From contig JBEKVD010000005.1 of NCBI GenBank assembly GCA_049514315.1, forward strand, positions 66,580-130,579: a stretch of 64,000 nucleotides of DNA. The letters are read 5' to 3'. The position numbers and the translations under genes are program-made. Of the stretch, positions 1 through 9,424 are shown one piece after another. Position 1 is the stretch's first letter; the number at the start of each line of letters is the position of its first letter. This stretch comes from Candidatus Limnocylindrales bacterium. GTDB taxonomy: Bacteria > Chloroflexota > Limnocylindria > Limnocylindrales > CSP1-4. The notes under the pieces are model-generated. The model did not search any database and had not been told where the DNA came from. It saw nothing but the letters and a program-made list of their open reading frames with translations.

Positions 1-1005
1 GAGGCGGATACCGGCGACCTGCTCGGAGACCTGGTTGCGGCCGGGCAGACCCTCATGGTGGCCCGGGGCGGAAGGGGTGGCCTCGGCAACGTCCACTTCG
101 CCACGTCCACGCACCAGGCGCCGCGGCACGCCCAGAAGGGCGAACCCGGGGACGAGCGCTGGATCCGGCTGGAACTGCGGCTCATCGCCGACATCGGTTT
201 GGTCGGCCTGCCCAACGCCGGCAAGTCGACGCTGCTCGCAGCCTTGACCGCGGCCCGGCCCAGGATCGCAGACTATCCGTTCACCACGCTCGAGCCGAAC
301 CTGGGCGTTCTCGACCTGGGTGCCGATGATTCACGCCGGCCGACCATCGCCGACGTGCCGGGGCTGATCGAGGGCGCCAGCTCGGGCGCCGGCCTGGGCC
401 ATGCCTTCTTGCGCCACGTCGAACGAACGCGGATCCTGGTCCACATCGTGGACGGCTCCGATCGTGACCCGGAGTGGAGCTTCAACGTCATTCGCGACGA
501 GCTGGAAGCTCACGACCCGGCGCTCCTGAAGAAGCCCACGCTCGTGGCTTTCAACAAGATGGATATCCCGACGGCCGCTGAGGTGTGGCCTGCCTTCGAG
601 GCGTCCCGCCGCGCCGGCGGGATCTCGGCGGTCCCGATCTCCGCCGCGCGCGGCGACGGGCTCGCAGAGCTGCGGTCGCGTTTCGCCGCGCTGCTCCCCA
701 ATGCCGCGGAGCTGGCGGAGGTTCGCGAGCCCGGCGGTGTCGTGGTCCATCGCATCGACTCCGTGGGCGACAGCTTCCGCGTCGACTGCGAGGCCGGAGT
801 CTTCGTCGTGCGGGGAAAGAGGATCGAGCGGCTGGCGGCCCAGACCAACTTCGATGTCGAAGAGTCGGCCGAGCGGTTCCAGCGCGAGCTCGTTCGCCTC
901 GGCGTCGATGAGGAGCTGCGACGGCAGGGCGTGGCCCCGGGCGTGACCGTTCGAGTCGGCGCCACCGAGCTCGAATGGGAGCCGGACGACTGGGAGAACC
1001 GGTGA
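1..1005 (+). CDS. obg: GTPase Obg/CgtA, 5' end cut by the window edge
   Basis: The frame is open from base 1. It contains [14 protein letters not shown] (end of the Obg fold), the P-loop [18 protein letters not shown] and NKMD GTPase motifs, and a C-terminal domain. Confidence 0.9.
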   Translation, partial: EADTGDLLGDLVAAGQTLMVARGGRGGLGNVHFATSTHQAPRHAQKGEPGDERWIRLELRLIADIGLVGLPNAGKSTLLAALTAARPRIADYPFTTLEPNLGVLDLGADDSRRPTIADVPGLIEGASSGAGLGHAFLRHVERTRILVHIVDGSDRDPEWSFNVIRDELEAHDPALLKKPTLVAFNKMDIPTAAEVWPAFEASRRAGGISAVPISAARGDGLAELRSRFAALLPNAAELAEVREPGGVVVHRIDSVGDSFRVDCEAGVFVVRGKRIERLAAQTNFDVEESAERFQRELVRLGVDEELRRQGVAPGVTVRVGATELEWEPDDWENR

Positions 1006-1754
1006 CGCGCTCGGCGGCCGACGAGGGATCGGGAGACCGAGGCGGAACGATCGCCCGTCGGCGACGGCAACCCAGCCGGCGAGAGCGCGCCTCCTGGATC
1101 GAGCCGACCGATGAGCGGGTCGGCATCCTCGGCGGGACCTTCGATCCGATCCACTACGGCCACCTCGTCATCGCCGAACAGGTGCGTGAAGCGCTGAGGC
1201 TGGACCGCATCCTGTTCGTGCCCGCCCCCCGGCCGCCCCACAAGCTGGACGAGGATATGGCCCCGGCTGCCGACCGCGCCGCGATGGTGGAGCTTGCGAT
1301 CGCCGGCAATAAGGCCTTCGAGATGAGTGAGATCGAGCTGCGGCGGGAAGGTCCGTCTTACACCGCCGATACCATGACCGAGCTGGCCGACGAGGCGGCT
1401 CGAGAGGGAGTGGCTCGCGACCTCTTCTTCATCCTCTCCGCCGAGGCTTTGGCCGGGCTCCGAAGCTGGCACGAGCCGGCGCGGCTGCTCCAGCTGGCCC
1501 GGCTCGTCGTGGTCCCACGACCCGGCGCACCGCTTCCGGACCAGATCAAACTCGAGTCGGTGCTCCCCGGTGGAGCGGACTATGCGGGTCGAGTCGACTG
1601 CGTGGAGACCACGTTGATCGCCCACTCCTCGTCGGATGTCCGAAGCCGCGCTGCCGAGGGCCGCTCGATCCGGTACCTGGTGCCCCCGGAGGTGGACGCA
1701 TACATCCGCGAGCATCGGCTTTATCGTTCGAACAATTCCCGGAGGACCGCCTGA
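1002..1754 (+). CDS. nadD: nicotinate-nucleotide adenylyltransferase
   Basis: It carries the [14 protein letters not shown] (HxGH) motif and shows the conserved obg-nadD-rsfS synteny. GTG 1002 overlaps the obg stop (GTGA); ATG 975 is an alternative start. Confidence 0.85.
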   Translation: MTRSAADEGSGDRGGTIARRRRQPSRRERASWIEPTDERVGILGGTFDPIHYGHLVIAEQVREALRLDRILFVPAPRPPHKLDEDMAPAADRAAMVELAIAGNKAFEMSEIELRREGPSYTADTMTELADEAAREGVARDLFFILSAEALAGLRSWHEPARLLQLARLVVVPRPGAPLPDQIKLESVLPGGADYAGRVDCVETTLIAHSSSDVRSRAAEGRSIRYLVPPEVDAYIREHRLYRSNNSRRTA

Positions 1755-1755
1755 C

Positions 1756-2289
1756 GTGACCGACACACCGACGTCTACGGAAACGACCCCCAGCCCGGAC
1801 GGCCTGCCGCGCCGGCGGCGGCCCGCCGTGAGCGAGGCGGCGCTCGCGGATGCGCTCGAGGCCGAGATTGCGGCCGAGGCCGAAGCTGTGCCGGCCCCGA
1901 TCGAGCCCGAGATCGAGGCATCGCTCAGGGAGCGCGGCGCTCGGCTGAGCGCGCTCGAAGTCGCCCGCAAGATAGTCGAGGCCGCGGAGGACAAGAAGGC
2001 CGCCGACATCGTCCTGCTCGACGTCTCGGAGCTGACCTCGATGGCCGATTACTTCGTGATCTGCTCCGGTGGCTCGGAGCGCCAGCTTGGCGCGATCGGG
2101 GACGGGATCACCGACAGGCTGCGCGAAGAAGGCGTTCGGCCGATCGGGCGTGAAGGGGGCTCCAACTCACACTGGACGCTGCTCGACTTCGGCGCGGTCA
2201 TCGTCCACGTCTTCGCCGTTCCGGAGCGCGACTACTACCAGCTCGAGCGCCACTGGTCGAAGGCGAAGACGGTGCTGCGGGTCCAGTAG
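1756..2289 (+). CDS. rsfS: ribosome silencing factor RsfS (iojap-like) with an Ala/Glu/Pro-rich N-terminal extension
   Basis: It has AADIVLLDV...ADYFVICSG.SERQ and HWTLLDFGAVIVHVF motifs. An in-frame GTG at 1756 lies 2 nt after the nadD stop. Confidence 0.85.
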   Translation: MTDTPTSTETTPSPDGLPRRRRPAVSEAALADALEAEIAAEAEAVPAPIEPEIEASLRERGARLSALEVARKIVEAAEDKKAADIVLLDVSELTSMADYFVICSGGSERQLGAIGDGITDRLREEGVRPIGREGGSNSHWTLLDFGAVIVHVFAVPERDYYQLERHWSKAKTVLRVQ

Positions 2290-2319
2290 GGTCCGTGCGC
2301 GGGTCGCCCCGCTATCCTG

Positions 2320-3012
2320 TTGGGACGTTGCCCTCGCCCCCCTGTCGGACCGCTATCCGGAGGATCGGTGCCTGCCAAGCTCACGCCCAAGATCATCCTC
2401 GAGGGAACGCGCCTCACCCACAAGACCGATATCGCCTTCGCGCTCAACGAGCACCCGCGAATCGTCGGACCGCGCCGCTACGCCTATCACTCGCCGCTCA
2501 TCTCGGCGGAGTGGTGCGCGTTCACGCCGTTTCCGTGGGGTCGCGGTCTCATCAACTTCGCGGCGGACGAGGAGGCCAGGGCGCTCGAGGCGTACGCCAC
2601 CTGGGTCCACCTGTTCGAGCTGCTGCCCTACTACTCCTGGATCGTCGACCGGTTCCATCTCTCGACCCGGGCCTGCCAGCGGATCCAGCGGGGAGTCGAC
2701 TACGACTTCGGGTGGCTCGAGGACCGTCTCCGACCGCTCGGCTTCCACCTCGTGCTGTGCTTTCGGAGCCCGGAATCATTCGAGGCGGCACGGGCGAAGC
2801 GGCTCGAGGTTTCCGGCAACCCGAGCCAGTACGACGACCTGGGACCGCTCATCCGGGAGCAGGAGTTGATGCGTTGGCTGGCCCTCGAGTCGAAGCTTCC
2901 GCTCCTTGAGCTGGACGTCTCGGACGACGACGTCGCCGGCGCATGCGACCGGGTGGCCGATTGGATGGCCGAGACGGGAGGGCTCTGGGCACCGGCCGGC
3001 CGAGGATCCTGA
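2320..3012 (+). CDS. hypothetical protein, P-loop nucleoside/nucleotide-kinase-like with an atypical Walker A
   Basis: KIILEGTRLTHKTDIAF resembles (I/L)EG.DG.GK(S/T)T, with the second Gly replaced by His. A DRFHLS motif is present as in dNK/TMK-like folds. The start is uncertain (GTG 2368 possible). Confidence 0.45.
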   Translation: MGRCPRPPVGPLSGGSVPAKLTPKIILEGTRLTHKTDIAFALNEHPRIVGPRRYAYHSPLISAEWCAFTPFPWGRGLINFAADEEARALEAYATWVHLFELLPYYSWIVDRFHLSTRACQRIQRGVDYDFGWLEDRLRPLGFHLVLCFRSPESFEAARAKRLEVSGNPSQYDDLGPLIREQELMRWLALESKLPLLELDVSDDDVAGACDRVADWMAETGGLWAPAGRGS

Positions 3013-3160
3013 GAGCACCGGGTTCCAGGGCCGGCGCTCTGCCGCGGCCCCGGACCGGCAGAACGGTAGTCGGCGGAACCGAATCGTCCAATGGGCCTGA
3101 CCGGGTCCTCTCAGCGCTTGGGCCCTCGATTACGTAAACTTCACGGGCCGAAGCCCAAGA

Positions 3161-3610
3161 GTGGGCTCGTCGGCCGACCCTGGAGAACCAGCCACGACCA
3201 CTCCACACACCGCCGAGAGACGCCCGCACCTCGATCCCACGATCGTCGACTTCGCCAACATCCGCTGGGTCGACGAATGGTGCAAGCGCTGCAACATCTG
3301 CGTCGAGATATGCCCGAAGGACAGCCTCATCCTTACTCACGACGCGATCATCGAGGCCACCGACTGCATCCGCTGCGGCCTGTGCGAGCGCTACTGCCCG
3401 GATCTCGCCATCGAGGTCCTGCCCAAGCGCGACGAGAGCGGCCGGCTTCCCGTCGAGGTTGAAGCCGAGGCGGCCGTGTCCCGTGCGCGAACCGGCGTAC
3501 CTCACATCCCGGATGTCGCGAGAGGGCCGGCCGTGGCCGGCACCGATCCACATCGCGGCATCACCGACGCGGAGAGCGCTCCGACGGTCGACCGCGACAA
3601 CCAGACCTGA
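3161..3610 (+). CDS. korD: 2-oxoacid:ferredoxin oxidoreductase delta subunit (2x[4Fe-4S] ferredoxin)
   Basis: It has two CxxCxxCxxxCP motifs (CKRCNICVEICP, CIRCGLCERYCP) and sits directly upstream of the alpha/beta/gamma subunits. Confidence 0.75.
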   Translation: MGSSADPGEPATTTPHTAERRPHLDPTIVDFANIRWVDEWCKRCNICVEICPKDSLILTHDAIIEATDCIRCGLCERYCPDLAIEVLPKRDESGRLPVEVEAEAAVSRARTGVPHIPDVARGPAVAGTDPHRGITDAESAPTVDRDNQT

Positions 3611-3627
3611 TCGGACACGGAACATCG

Positions 3628-4719
3628 ATGACCAAACGACTCGTCCAGGGCAATGAGGCCGTCCTTCTCGGCGCGGTCAAGGCGGGCGCGAACTTCTTCG
3701 CCGGCTACCCGATAAGCCCCTCGTCCGAGATCCTGGCCCAGGCCTCCGTCTACGCGTCGACCCACCCCGAGTTCCGCTTCATCCAGGAAGAGGACGAGAT
3801 CGCCAGCGCGAACGCCATCCTCGGAGCAAGCCTGGCCGGGGCGAAGTCGTTCACGGCAACATCCGGGCCGGGCTTCAGCCTGATGCAGGAGGCGATCGGC
3901 TACGGCCACAAGGTCGGCATCCCGACAGTGATCGTCAACGTCATGCGCGTCGGGCCGGCAACGGGGATGCCGACGATGCCGGGCCAGGGCGACCTCAACC
4001 AGGCACGCTACGGGTCTACCGGTGATTACACGAGCATCGTCTTCTACCCGTCGACCGTCGCCGAGTGCTACGAGTACGCGATCCACGCCTTCAACTCGGC
4101 GGAGGAGAGCCGGAGCCCGGTCATCCTCCTCTCCGATGCCTTCCTCGGTCACCTCAACGAAGTCGCCGACCTTGATGCCATCGACCTGCCGGTCGTCCCG
4201 AGGACGCTCGAACCGCTGGCCTCGGGCGGCACCAGGCTCTTCTCGGGCGTGGCCACCTACCCCGACGGAGAACCGGCGACTGCCGACGCGGACGAGTTCA
4301 TTCGCCAGTTCCACGAGTCACGGGACCACCGCGTCAAGGTTGCGGAGCGCTACGCGTTCTACGAGTACGGCTGGAACAGGGACGCGGAAACGCTGGTGAT
4401 TGCATACGGCATCACCCGCCGCATTGCCCAGCCGCTGGCAGCCCACTTCGCGCTCTTCCGGCCGATCCGGATCTGGCCGACCCTGGACAGGGAGCTGACC
4501 GAGATCGCGGCTCGCTACCAGAACATCATCGTCATCGAGGGCAGCGATGGGCAGTACGCCAACGTCGTCGAGCGGATGCTCCTGCGCCGCGTCGAGCGCG
4601 TCCCGCTGCTTGGCGGCCGGATGAGTCTCGAAGCTATCCGCGAGGGCCTCGCCCGCGTCGGCATGTTGCCGGCAGAACCTGCGCCGTCCGGCCTCGAGTC
4701 GCCGGTGCCGGCCCGATGA
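3628..4719 (+). CDS. korA: 2-oxoacid (2-oxoglutarate-type):ferredoxin oxidoreductase alpha subunit
   Basis: The N-terminus LVQGNEAVLLGAVKAGANFFAGYPISPSSEI is typical of KorA/PorA. Confidence 0.85.
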   Translation: MTKRLVQGNEAVLLGAVKAGANFFAGYPISPSSEILAQASVYASTHPEFRFIQEEDEIASANAILGASLAGAKSFTATSGPGFSLMQEAIGYGHKVGIPTVIVNVMRVGPATGMPTMPGQGDLNQARYGSTGDYTSIVFYPSTVAECYEYAIHAFNSAEESRSPVILLSDAFLGHLNEVADLDAIDLPVVPRTLEPLASGGTRLFSGVATYPDGEPATADADEFIRQFHESRDHRVKVAERYAFYEYGWNRDAETLVIAYGITRRIAQPLAAHFALFRPIRIWPTLDRELTEIAARYQNIIVIEGSDGQYANVVERMLLRRVERVPLLGGRMSLEAIREGLARVGMLPAEPAPSGLESPVPAR

Positions 4720-4747
4720 CCCGCGTCTCCGAAGAGGTTTCAACGCC

Positions 4748-5530
4748 ATGGCAGTCAAGGACAAGCTGAAGACCGATCTCTTCCCGACCATCTGGTGCCC
4801 CGGCTGCGGGATCGGCCTGATCATGCAGCAGCTCGCGACCATCATGGATGATCTTGGCCTGGACAAGACCAATACCGTCCTCGTCACCGGGATCGGCTGC
4901 ACCGGGCGAATGGGCGCATACATGAACTTCGAATCCGTGTACACGCTTCACGGACGGACGCTGCCGGTAGCCGAGGCGATCAAGATGGTCCGGCCCGAGT
5001 TGCACGTCATCGTGGTCTCGGGCGACGGCGACATCGCCTCGATCGGAGGGAACCACCTGCTCCACTCCATTCGTCGCAATCCGAACATAACCGTCGTTTG
5101 CAACAACAACGAGATCTACGGCCTGACCGGAGGCCAGACCGGGCCCACCACGCCCAAGGGTACGAGCACGATCTCGTCGCCGGTCGGCGCCGCCTACACC
5201 CCGATCAACCTGCAGGGCGTCGTCAACACGAACCCCAATGCCTACTACGCCAGGACGACCGTCTACCACCAGGGACCCATGCGTAAGGCGATAAAGGAAG
5301 CGATCGAGTGGCCGGGCTTCTCCTTCGTGGACGTGGCCAGCCAGTGCATCGAGAACAACGGCCGGCGGATCGGCTTCGCGAGCGCCAACGACATGCTCCA
5401 GCACTACCGCACCGAGTACAAGGCTGCACCGGCGGGCTCCACGCGCTTGGAGCCGCACCAGCTGGGCATCGTCAAGGGCAAGCCGATGCCAGCGGCGGGC
5501 GAAACGCCGGGCAACGGGTCCGGGGAGTAG
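4748..5530 (+). CDS. korB: 2-oxoacid:ferredoxin oxidoreductase beta subunit (TPP-binding)
   Basis: It carries WCPGCGIG, GIGCTGR and SGDGD..IGGNH TPP-binding motifs. Confidence 0.85.
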   Translation: MAVKDKLKTDLFPTIWCPGCGIGLIMQQLATIMDDLGLDKTNTVLVTGIGCTGRMGAYMNFESVYTLHGRTLPVAEAIKMVRPELHVIVVSGDGDIASIGGNHLLHSIRRNPNITVVCNNNEIYGLTGGQTGPTTPKGTSTISSPVGAAYTPINLQGVVNTNPNAYYARTTVYHQGPMRKAIKEAIEWPGFSFVDVASQCIENNGRRIGFASANDMLQHYRTEYKAAPAGSTRLEPHQLGIVKGKPMPAAGETPGNGSGE

Positions 5531-5555
5531 GCGAGAGCGGGGCGAGGAGGATCGG

Positions 5556-6170
5556 ATGACAGCCAAGTCCATCGTCATCGACGGCGTCGGTGGCCAGGGC
5601 GTTCGAGTCATCGGCAACACCATGGCCAGCCTGCTGGCGGTGATGGGCTACGAAGTCACGCTCCTCTTCGACTACGACTCGTCCGTTCGCGGAGGCATGA
5701 GCGAGGCTTTCCTCGAGTACGACCGCGAACCGATCTCCAACTTCGTTGTCGAGTGCGCCGATGTGGTGCTTCGCCTGGCCGACCGCGGACCGACCCACCT
5801 GAGCGCGGCCTACGTCATCGCGGACGTCGGGCTCATGAAGCCCGGTGAGACGGGCGAAGAGATCCCGTTCCTTCAACTCGGCGTCGAGAAGTTCGGGCGC
5901 GACCTCTTCGGGAACATGATCGCCCTGGGCCGGCTGCTGTGCCGCTGCGACGTGGAATTCACCGACCAGCACCTGCGCGAGGCGTTGCCCAGGAAGTACA
6001 TCGACGAGAACATCGCGGCAATCAAGTACGGCTACGAGTTGAACGCGGACTCCATTGAGGCGATCGTCCCGGAGCAGGCCGCCAGCAGCTTCGCCGAGCG
6101 CTACGCCGAGAAGGTCCTGGCCGGCACCGCACCTGCGGAGGCCGTCGAGCAGGCCTCGGCACGAATCTGA
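5556..6170 (+). CDS. korC: 2-oxoacid:ferredoxin oxidoreductase gamma subunit
   Basis: The IVIDGVGGQGV motif of the POR/KOR gamma domain is present, and it is the fourth gene of the cluster. Confidence 0.8.
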   Translation: MTAKSIVIDGVGGQGVRVIGNTMASLLAVMGYEVTLLFDYDSSVRGGMSEAFLEYDREPISNFVVECADVVLRLADRGPTHLSAAYVIADVGLMKPGETGEEIPFLQLGVEKFGRDLFGNMIALGRLLCRCDVEFTDQHLREALPRKYIDENIAAIKYGYELNADSIEAIVPEQAASSFAERYAEKVLAGTAPAEAVEQASARI

Positions 6171-6495
6171 CCGGCCCGAGATGAGCCCAAGACGTCGTGG
6201 CCGGGGGCGTCTGGCGGTTGGCCCGGCGGTCGCTGCCGCTCCGGCTGCCGCCGGCGCGCCGCTCGAGAGGGCCGAAACCGAAGCCATCGGCGCCCCGCCC
6301 GAGGCCGGGCCGGATGGGGCGTCCGCGAACGTGACGGGCGAGGGTGCGATCGGAGCCACATCCGGCGCACGTCGCGGCGGCGGTGAAGTCCGAAGCAACG
6401 GCCCGGCATTCCGACGCGAGTCCAGGGCGAACGTTACGACCGCTGGAGTCGTAGACGACGCCGCCCGGCAGAAGGCCTCCTGTACCCTCGCCCAG

Positions 6496-6753
6496 ATGCG
6501 CCGCTTCATCAAGAGCCGTCCCTACGTGCCCGTCCACGAGCTGCGCCGCCGCTTCATGATCGAGGGAGTCGAGGACGAAGTGAGCCCCATGGCGACAGGC
6601 CAGGGCACTCTCTACGTTGGTTTGCCCGAACGCGAGGCCGGGTTCCTCGGGGAACTCGTGAAAGCCGGCGAAGTCGGCTGTGAGCTGCTCCTCGACCCAT
6701 CCAGCCCGGGTGTAGTCGGCGTCTTCCCGATGAGGCCGATCGCGAGGCAGTAG
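6496..6753 (+). CDS. small hypothetical protein (about 85 aa), possibly winged-helix-like
   Basis: An ATG at 6496 starts MRRFIKSRPYVPVHELRRRF... The upstream part of ORF 6055..6753 is low-complexity Ala/Gly/Arg. No family was recognised with confidence. Confidence 0.35.
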   Translation: MRRFIKSRPYVPVHELRRRFMIEGVEDEVSPMATGQGTLYVGLPEREAGFLGELVKAGEVGCELLLDPSSPGVVGVFPMRPIARQ

Positions 6754-6846
6754 CCGAGGCCGGGGCTCGTCACCCGTCCAGCCCGGGTGTAGTCGGCGTC
6801 TTCCCGATCAGGCCGATCGCGAGGCAGTAGCCGAGGCCGGGGCTCG
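6700..6846. repeat. 77-bp-period tandem duplication (two 70-bp copies, 1 mismatch)
   Basis: The segment tccagcccgggtgtagtcggcgtcttcccgat[G/C]aggccgatcgcgaggcagtagccgaggccggggctcg occurs at 6700-6769 and again at 6777-6846. Copy 1 contains the last 18 codons and the stop of the small ORF. Confidence 0.9.
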
Positions 6847-6910
6847 GTGCCCGTGCCGTCGGCTCCAGTCGGGGCGCCGCGGCCGCTCGGGGCGCTCCTG
6901 AGCGGCGTCC

Positions 6911-6953
6911 TCACGACAGGGTTCTCACGACAGGGTATTGACAGACCAGATAA
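6911..6953 (+). promoter_or_regulatory. direct repeat tcacgacagggt x2 (14-bp period) followed by a GATAAT -10-like box, upstream of the ROK regulator
   Basis: tcacgacagggt is at 6911-6922 and 6925-6936, and gataat is at 6948-6953, about 35 nt before ATG 6989. No good -35 box at correct spacing was seen. Confidence 0.2.
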
Positions 6954-6988
6954 TCTTGGCCGGAGTTAGTTTCTATCTGGCAGGAACT

Positions 6989-8239
6989 ATGGCTCTCCGA
7001 CACACTGCCATGCTCGAGGTCAACGAGTTTCTGGTTCTCGACTTCATTCGAGACCGGGCGACGACGACCCGACCCGAGATCGGTCGCGCCCTCGGGCTGT
7101 CGGATTCGTCGGTCAGTCGGATCGTCGGGCGCCTTCTGAAGTCGGGCCTGGTCGTCGAGTCGCCGGGGCAGGCTACAACGGCGGGCAGACCGCGCAGGAC
7201 GATCGCTTTCAACCACCAGGCAGGCGCCGTCCTCGCCGTGGACCTTGGCGGGACGGGATGTCATGGCGTGCTGGCCGACCTGTCGGGAGCGACGGTCTGG
7301 GAGGACGCGCGACCGACGCAGGGTGAGGGCGGGGCATTCGCGGCGCTTTCGGCCACGATGTCGGCGCTGCAGGCGGCAGCCTCCACTCGAGGTCTGCACG
7401 TCGACGCAGTCGCCGTCGGCATCCCGGCCATCCTGGACCCGGATACGGGCGTGGCCATCGGCGGTCCCGCAGTCGACTGGCAGGAGTTCGAGATCGTGGG
7501 CCGACTTCGGGCGATGCTGAAAGTTCCCTTCATCGTCGAGAACGATGCCAACCTCGCTGCTCTCGCGCACGCCTGGAGAGGTGACGCGCGTGGACTCCGC
7601 GACTTCGTCACCCTGGTGATGGACACGGGCATCGGGGCCGCAGTCGTGGCCAATGGACGCCTGGTAAAGGGCCGCCACAATGCCGCCGGCGAGATCGGTT
7701 ACCTCCTGACCGGCCGCGAGCAGCTCCATGCGGTTCGGCTCGGCCAGGCCCTGGAGACGGGCGAGCGCCCGGGAGGGTACGGAGGACTGGAGAAGGTAGC
7801 CGCCGGGCCCTCGATTGCCAGCCGGGCCCGGGCGCTGATCGCGGGTGGAGCCGCCTCGTCACTGGCGGGTCGGCCCGTGACCCTGGAGGTGCTCTTCGCT
7901 GCAGCCGCTGCAGGTGACGCGCTGGCATGGCACGTCATCGATGAACTGCTCGACCACACGGCCCTGGCTCTGGCCGCAATAACGGCAATCGTCGACCCGG
8001 AGGTCATCATCCTCGATGGCAGCGTCGGCCGGTCCCTCCAGCCATATCTGGCCGAGCTGTCCGGGCGATTGGCGGGGCGGCTCCTGGAGGTCCCGCGCCT
8101 CTGCATCTCGGGGCTTGGGCCGAACGCGACGGTGGTGGGGGCCATCGCCGCGGGGCTGCAGCTGGCTCGCGAGCGGACCGCCCCCTCAGCTCTCTTCGGT
8201 GCCTTCACCGTCAGCGGAGGGGTTGAGAGAAATGCCTGA
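6989..8239 (+). CDS. ROK-family transcriptional regulator (N-terminal wHTH plus ROK sugar-kinase-like domain)
   Basis: It contains LVLDFIRDRATTTRPEIGRALGLSDSSVSRIVGRLLKSGLV (HTH), VDLGGTG, ENDANLAAL and GIGAAVVANGRLVKGRHNAAGEIG. ATG 6989 is preferred over the TTG at 6938. Confidence 0.8.
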   Translation: MALRHTAMLEVNEFLVLDFIRDRATTTRPEIGRALGLSDSSVSRIVGRLLKSGLVVESPGQATTAGRPRRTIAFNHQAGAVLAVDLGGTGCHGVLADLSGATVWEDARPTQGEGGAFAALSATMSALQAAASTRGLHVDAVAVGIPAILDPDTGVAIGGPAVDWQEFEIVGRLRAMLKVPFIVENDANLAALAHAWRGDARGLRDFVTLVMDTGIGAAVVANGRLVKGRHNAAGEIGYLLTGREQLHAVRLGQALETGERPGGYGGLEKVAAGPSIASRARALIAGGAASSLAGRPVTLEVLFAAAAAGDALAWHVIDELLDHTALALAAITAIVDPEVIILDGSVGRSLQPYLAELSGRLAGRLLEVPRLCISGLGPNATVVGAIAAGLQLARERTAPSALFGAFTVSGGVERNA

Positions 8240-8293
8240 GACCTCCCCCGGCACAAGCCCGGCCGACTCGCGGGCAGATTCGGGGTCTCGCTC

Positions 8294-9424
8294 ATGACCG
8301 CCGCGTCGGCCCGCGGCGAAGCCGCCGGTCGAGTCCGGGCGGAGTTGAGCTCCAGCGCTGCGCCGGTGGTAGCCGTAGACCTGGGAGCGACGCACATGCG
8401 CGTCGCCTTCACCGGGCCCGGCGGCTTCGAGGGCCTGACTATCAGGCACACCGCCGAACTGGCAAGAGCGGAGGGTCAGGGCGTCCTCCCGGGCGTCCTC
8501 GCGGCGATCCGGGAGACGATTGATTCGAGCGGGTTGGCCCTATCTCCGGCCGCGATCGGCGTCGCCGTGGCCGCCTACGTCGATCCCTCGGGCGTGATTC
8601 TCCAGGAGCGGCCCTTCGGTATCCCAGCGGGAGGCGCCGTCCGCGATTGCCTTTCCGACATGTACGGGGTTCCCGTCGTGGTGGACAACGACGCGAACCT
8701 CGCCGCCGTGGCGGAGGTGGTGGCCGGGGCCGGCCGCGGCCTTCGGAACGTCTCCGTGATAACGCTCGGCACCAATATCGGCCTCGGGATAGTTGCCGAC
8801 GGCGTTATCGTCCGGGGCGCCCACGGCGCGGCCGGCGAGGCCGGGACGCTCCTCGTGCCGGCCCGGCGCGGCCGCGGAGGTCGGGCCAGATTCGCCTACG
8901 CCGGCCGTCTCGGCCAGGGGGCAACCGATGCGCCGGCAGGCTACGCGATCCTCGAGGAACTGGCCGGCGGAGGCGCCCTGAGAGATTCCCTCGTGCCACC
9001 GACGGGGTCGGAGATGCAGTCTCGTCAGCACCGTTGTGAGAGCGCCACGGACGGCATCTTCCCCCGTGCTTCGGCCGGCGACCGGCGAGCCCGGTCGGCG
9101 GTCCGTCATGGTATCGAGGGGTGGGCGATGCTGATCGCCGATCTTGTCGCCCTGCTCGACCCCGAAGCGTTCATTCTCTCGGGCGGCCTCGTCGAGGAGG
9201 CACCCGCTTTCATAGAGCCCCTGCGCCGGCGCGCGGCGGAACTGTGCCCGCTGCCGCCGGACATACGCATCGGCGACTTCGGCGCCCAGTCTGGTCTGGT
9301 GGGCGCCGTGGTGGCCGCCCGGTCTGTCCTCGAGCCGCAGTCACTCGAAGCGGCTTTGGGCAGATCGGACAGCTCAAATCAGGGCCGTACCAGCGGCCTT
9401 CTATCCTGGGAGGTGGAACGATGA
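8294..9424 (+). CDS. ROK-family sugar kinase
   Basis: It has VVAVDLGATHMRVAF, DNDANLAAVAE and GLGIVADGVIVRGAHGAAGEAG motifs and no HTH domain. Confidence 0.75.
   Translation: MTAASARGEAAGRVRAELSSSAAPVVAVDLGATHMRVAFTGPGGFEGLTIRHTAELARAEGQGVLPGVLAAIRETIDSSGLALSPAAIGVAVAAYVDPSGVILQERPFGIPAGGAVRDCLSDMYGVPVVVDNDANLAAVAEVVAGAGRGLRNVSVITLGTNIGLGIVADGVIVRGAHGAAGEAGTLLVPARRGRGGRARFAYAGRLGQGATDAPAGYAILEELAGGGALRDSLVPPTGSEMQSRQHRCESATDGIFPRASAGDRRARSAVRHGIEGWAMLIADLVALLDPEAFILSGGLVEEAPAFIEPLRRRAAELCPLPPDIRIGDFGAQSGLVGAVVAARSVLEPQSLEAALGRSDSSNQGRTSGLLSWEVER

Noticed and set aside
6055-6495. The N-terminal 147 aa of ORF 6055..6753, which overlaps the korC 3' end and then runs through Ala/Gly/Arg-rich sequence.
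   Set aside because: It overlaps korC in another frame, is low complexity and has no recognisable domain. Only the C-terminal 85-aa part, starting from an internal ATG, looks protein-like.
6938-6988. The upstream TTG start (6938) for the ROK regulator, and the TTGACA at 6938-6943 as a -35 box.
   Set aside because: The TTG is part of the TTGACA hexamer, and the added 17 residues have no HTH function. ATG 6989, with a GGCAGGA RBS-like element, is preferred. The TTGACA has no -10 box at 16-19 nt spacing (GATAAT is only 4 nt away), so no promoter was called from it.
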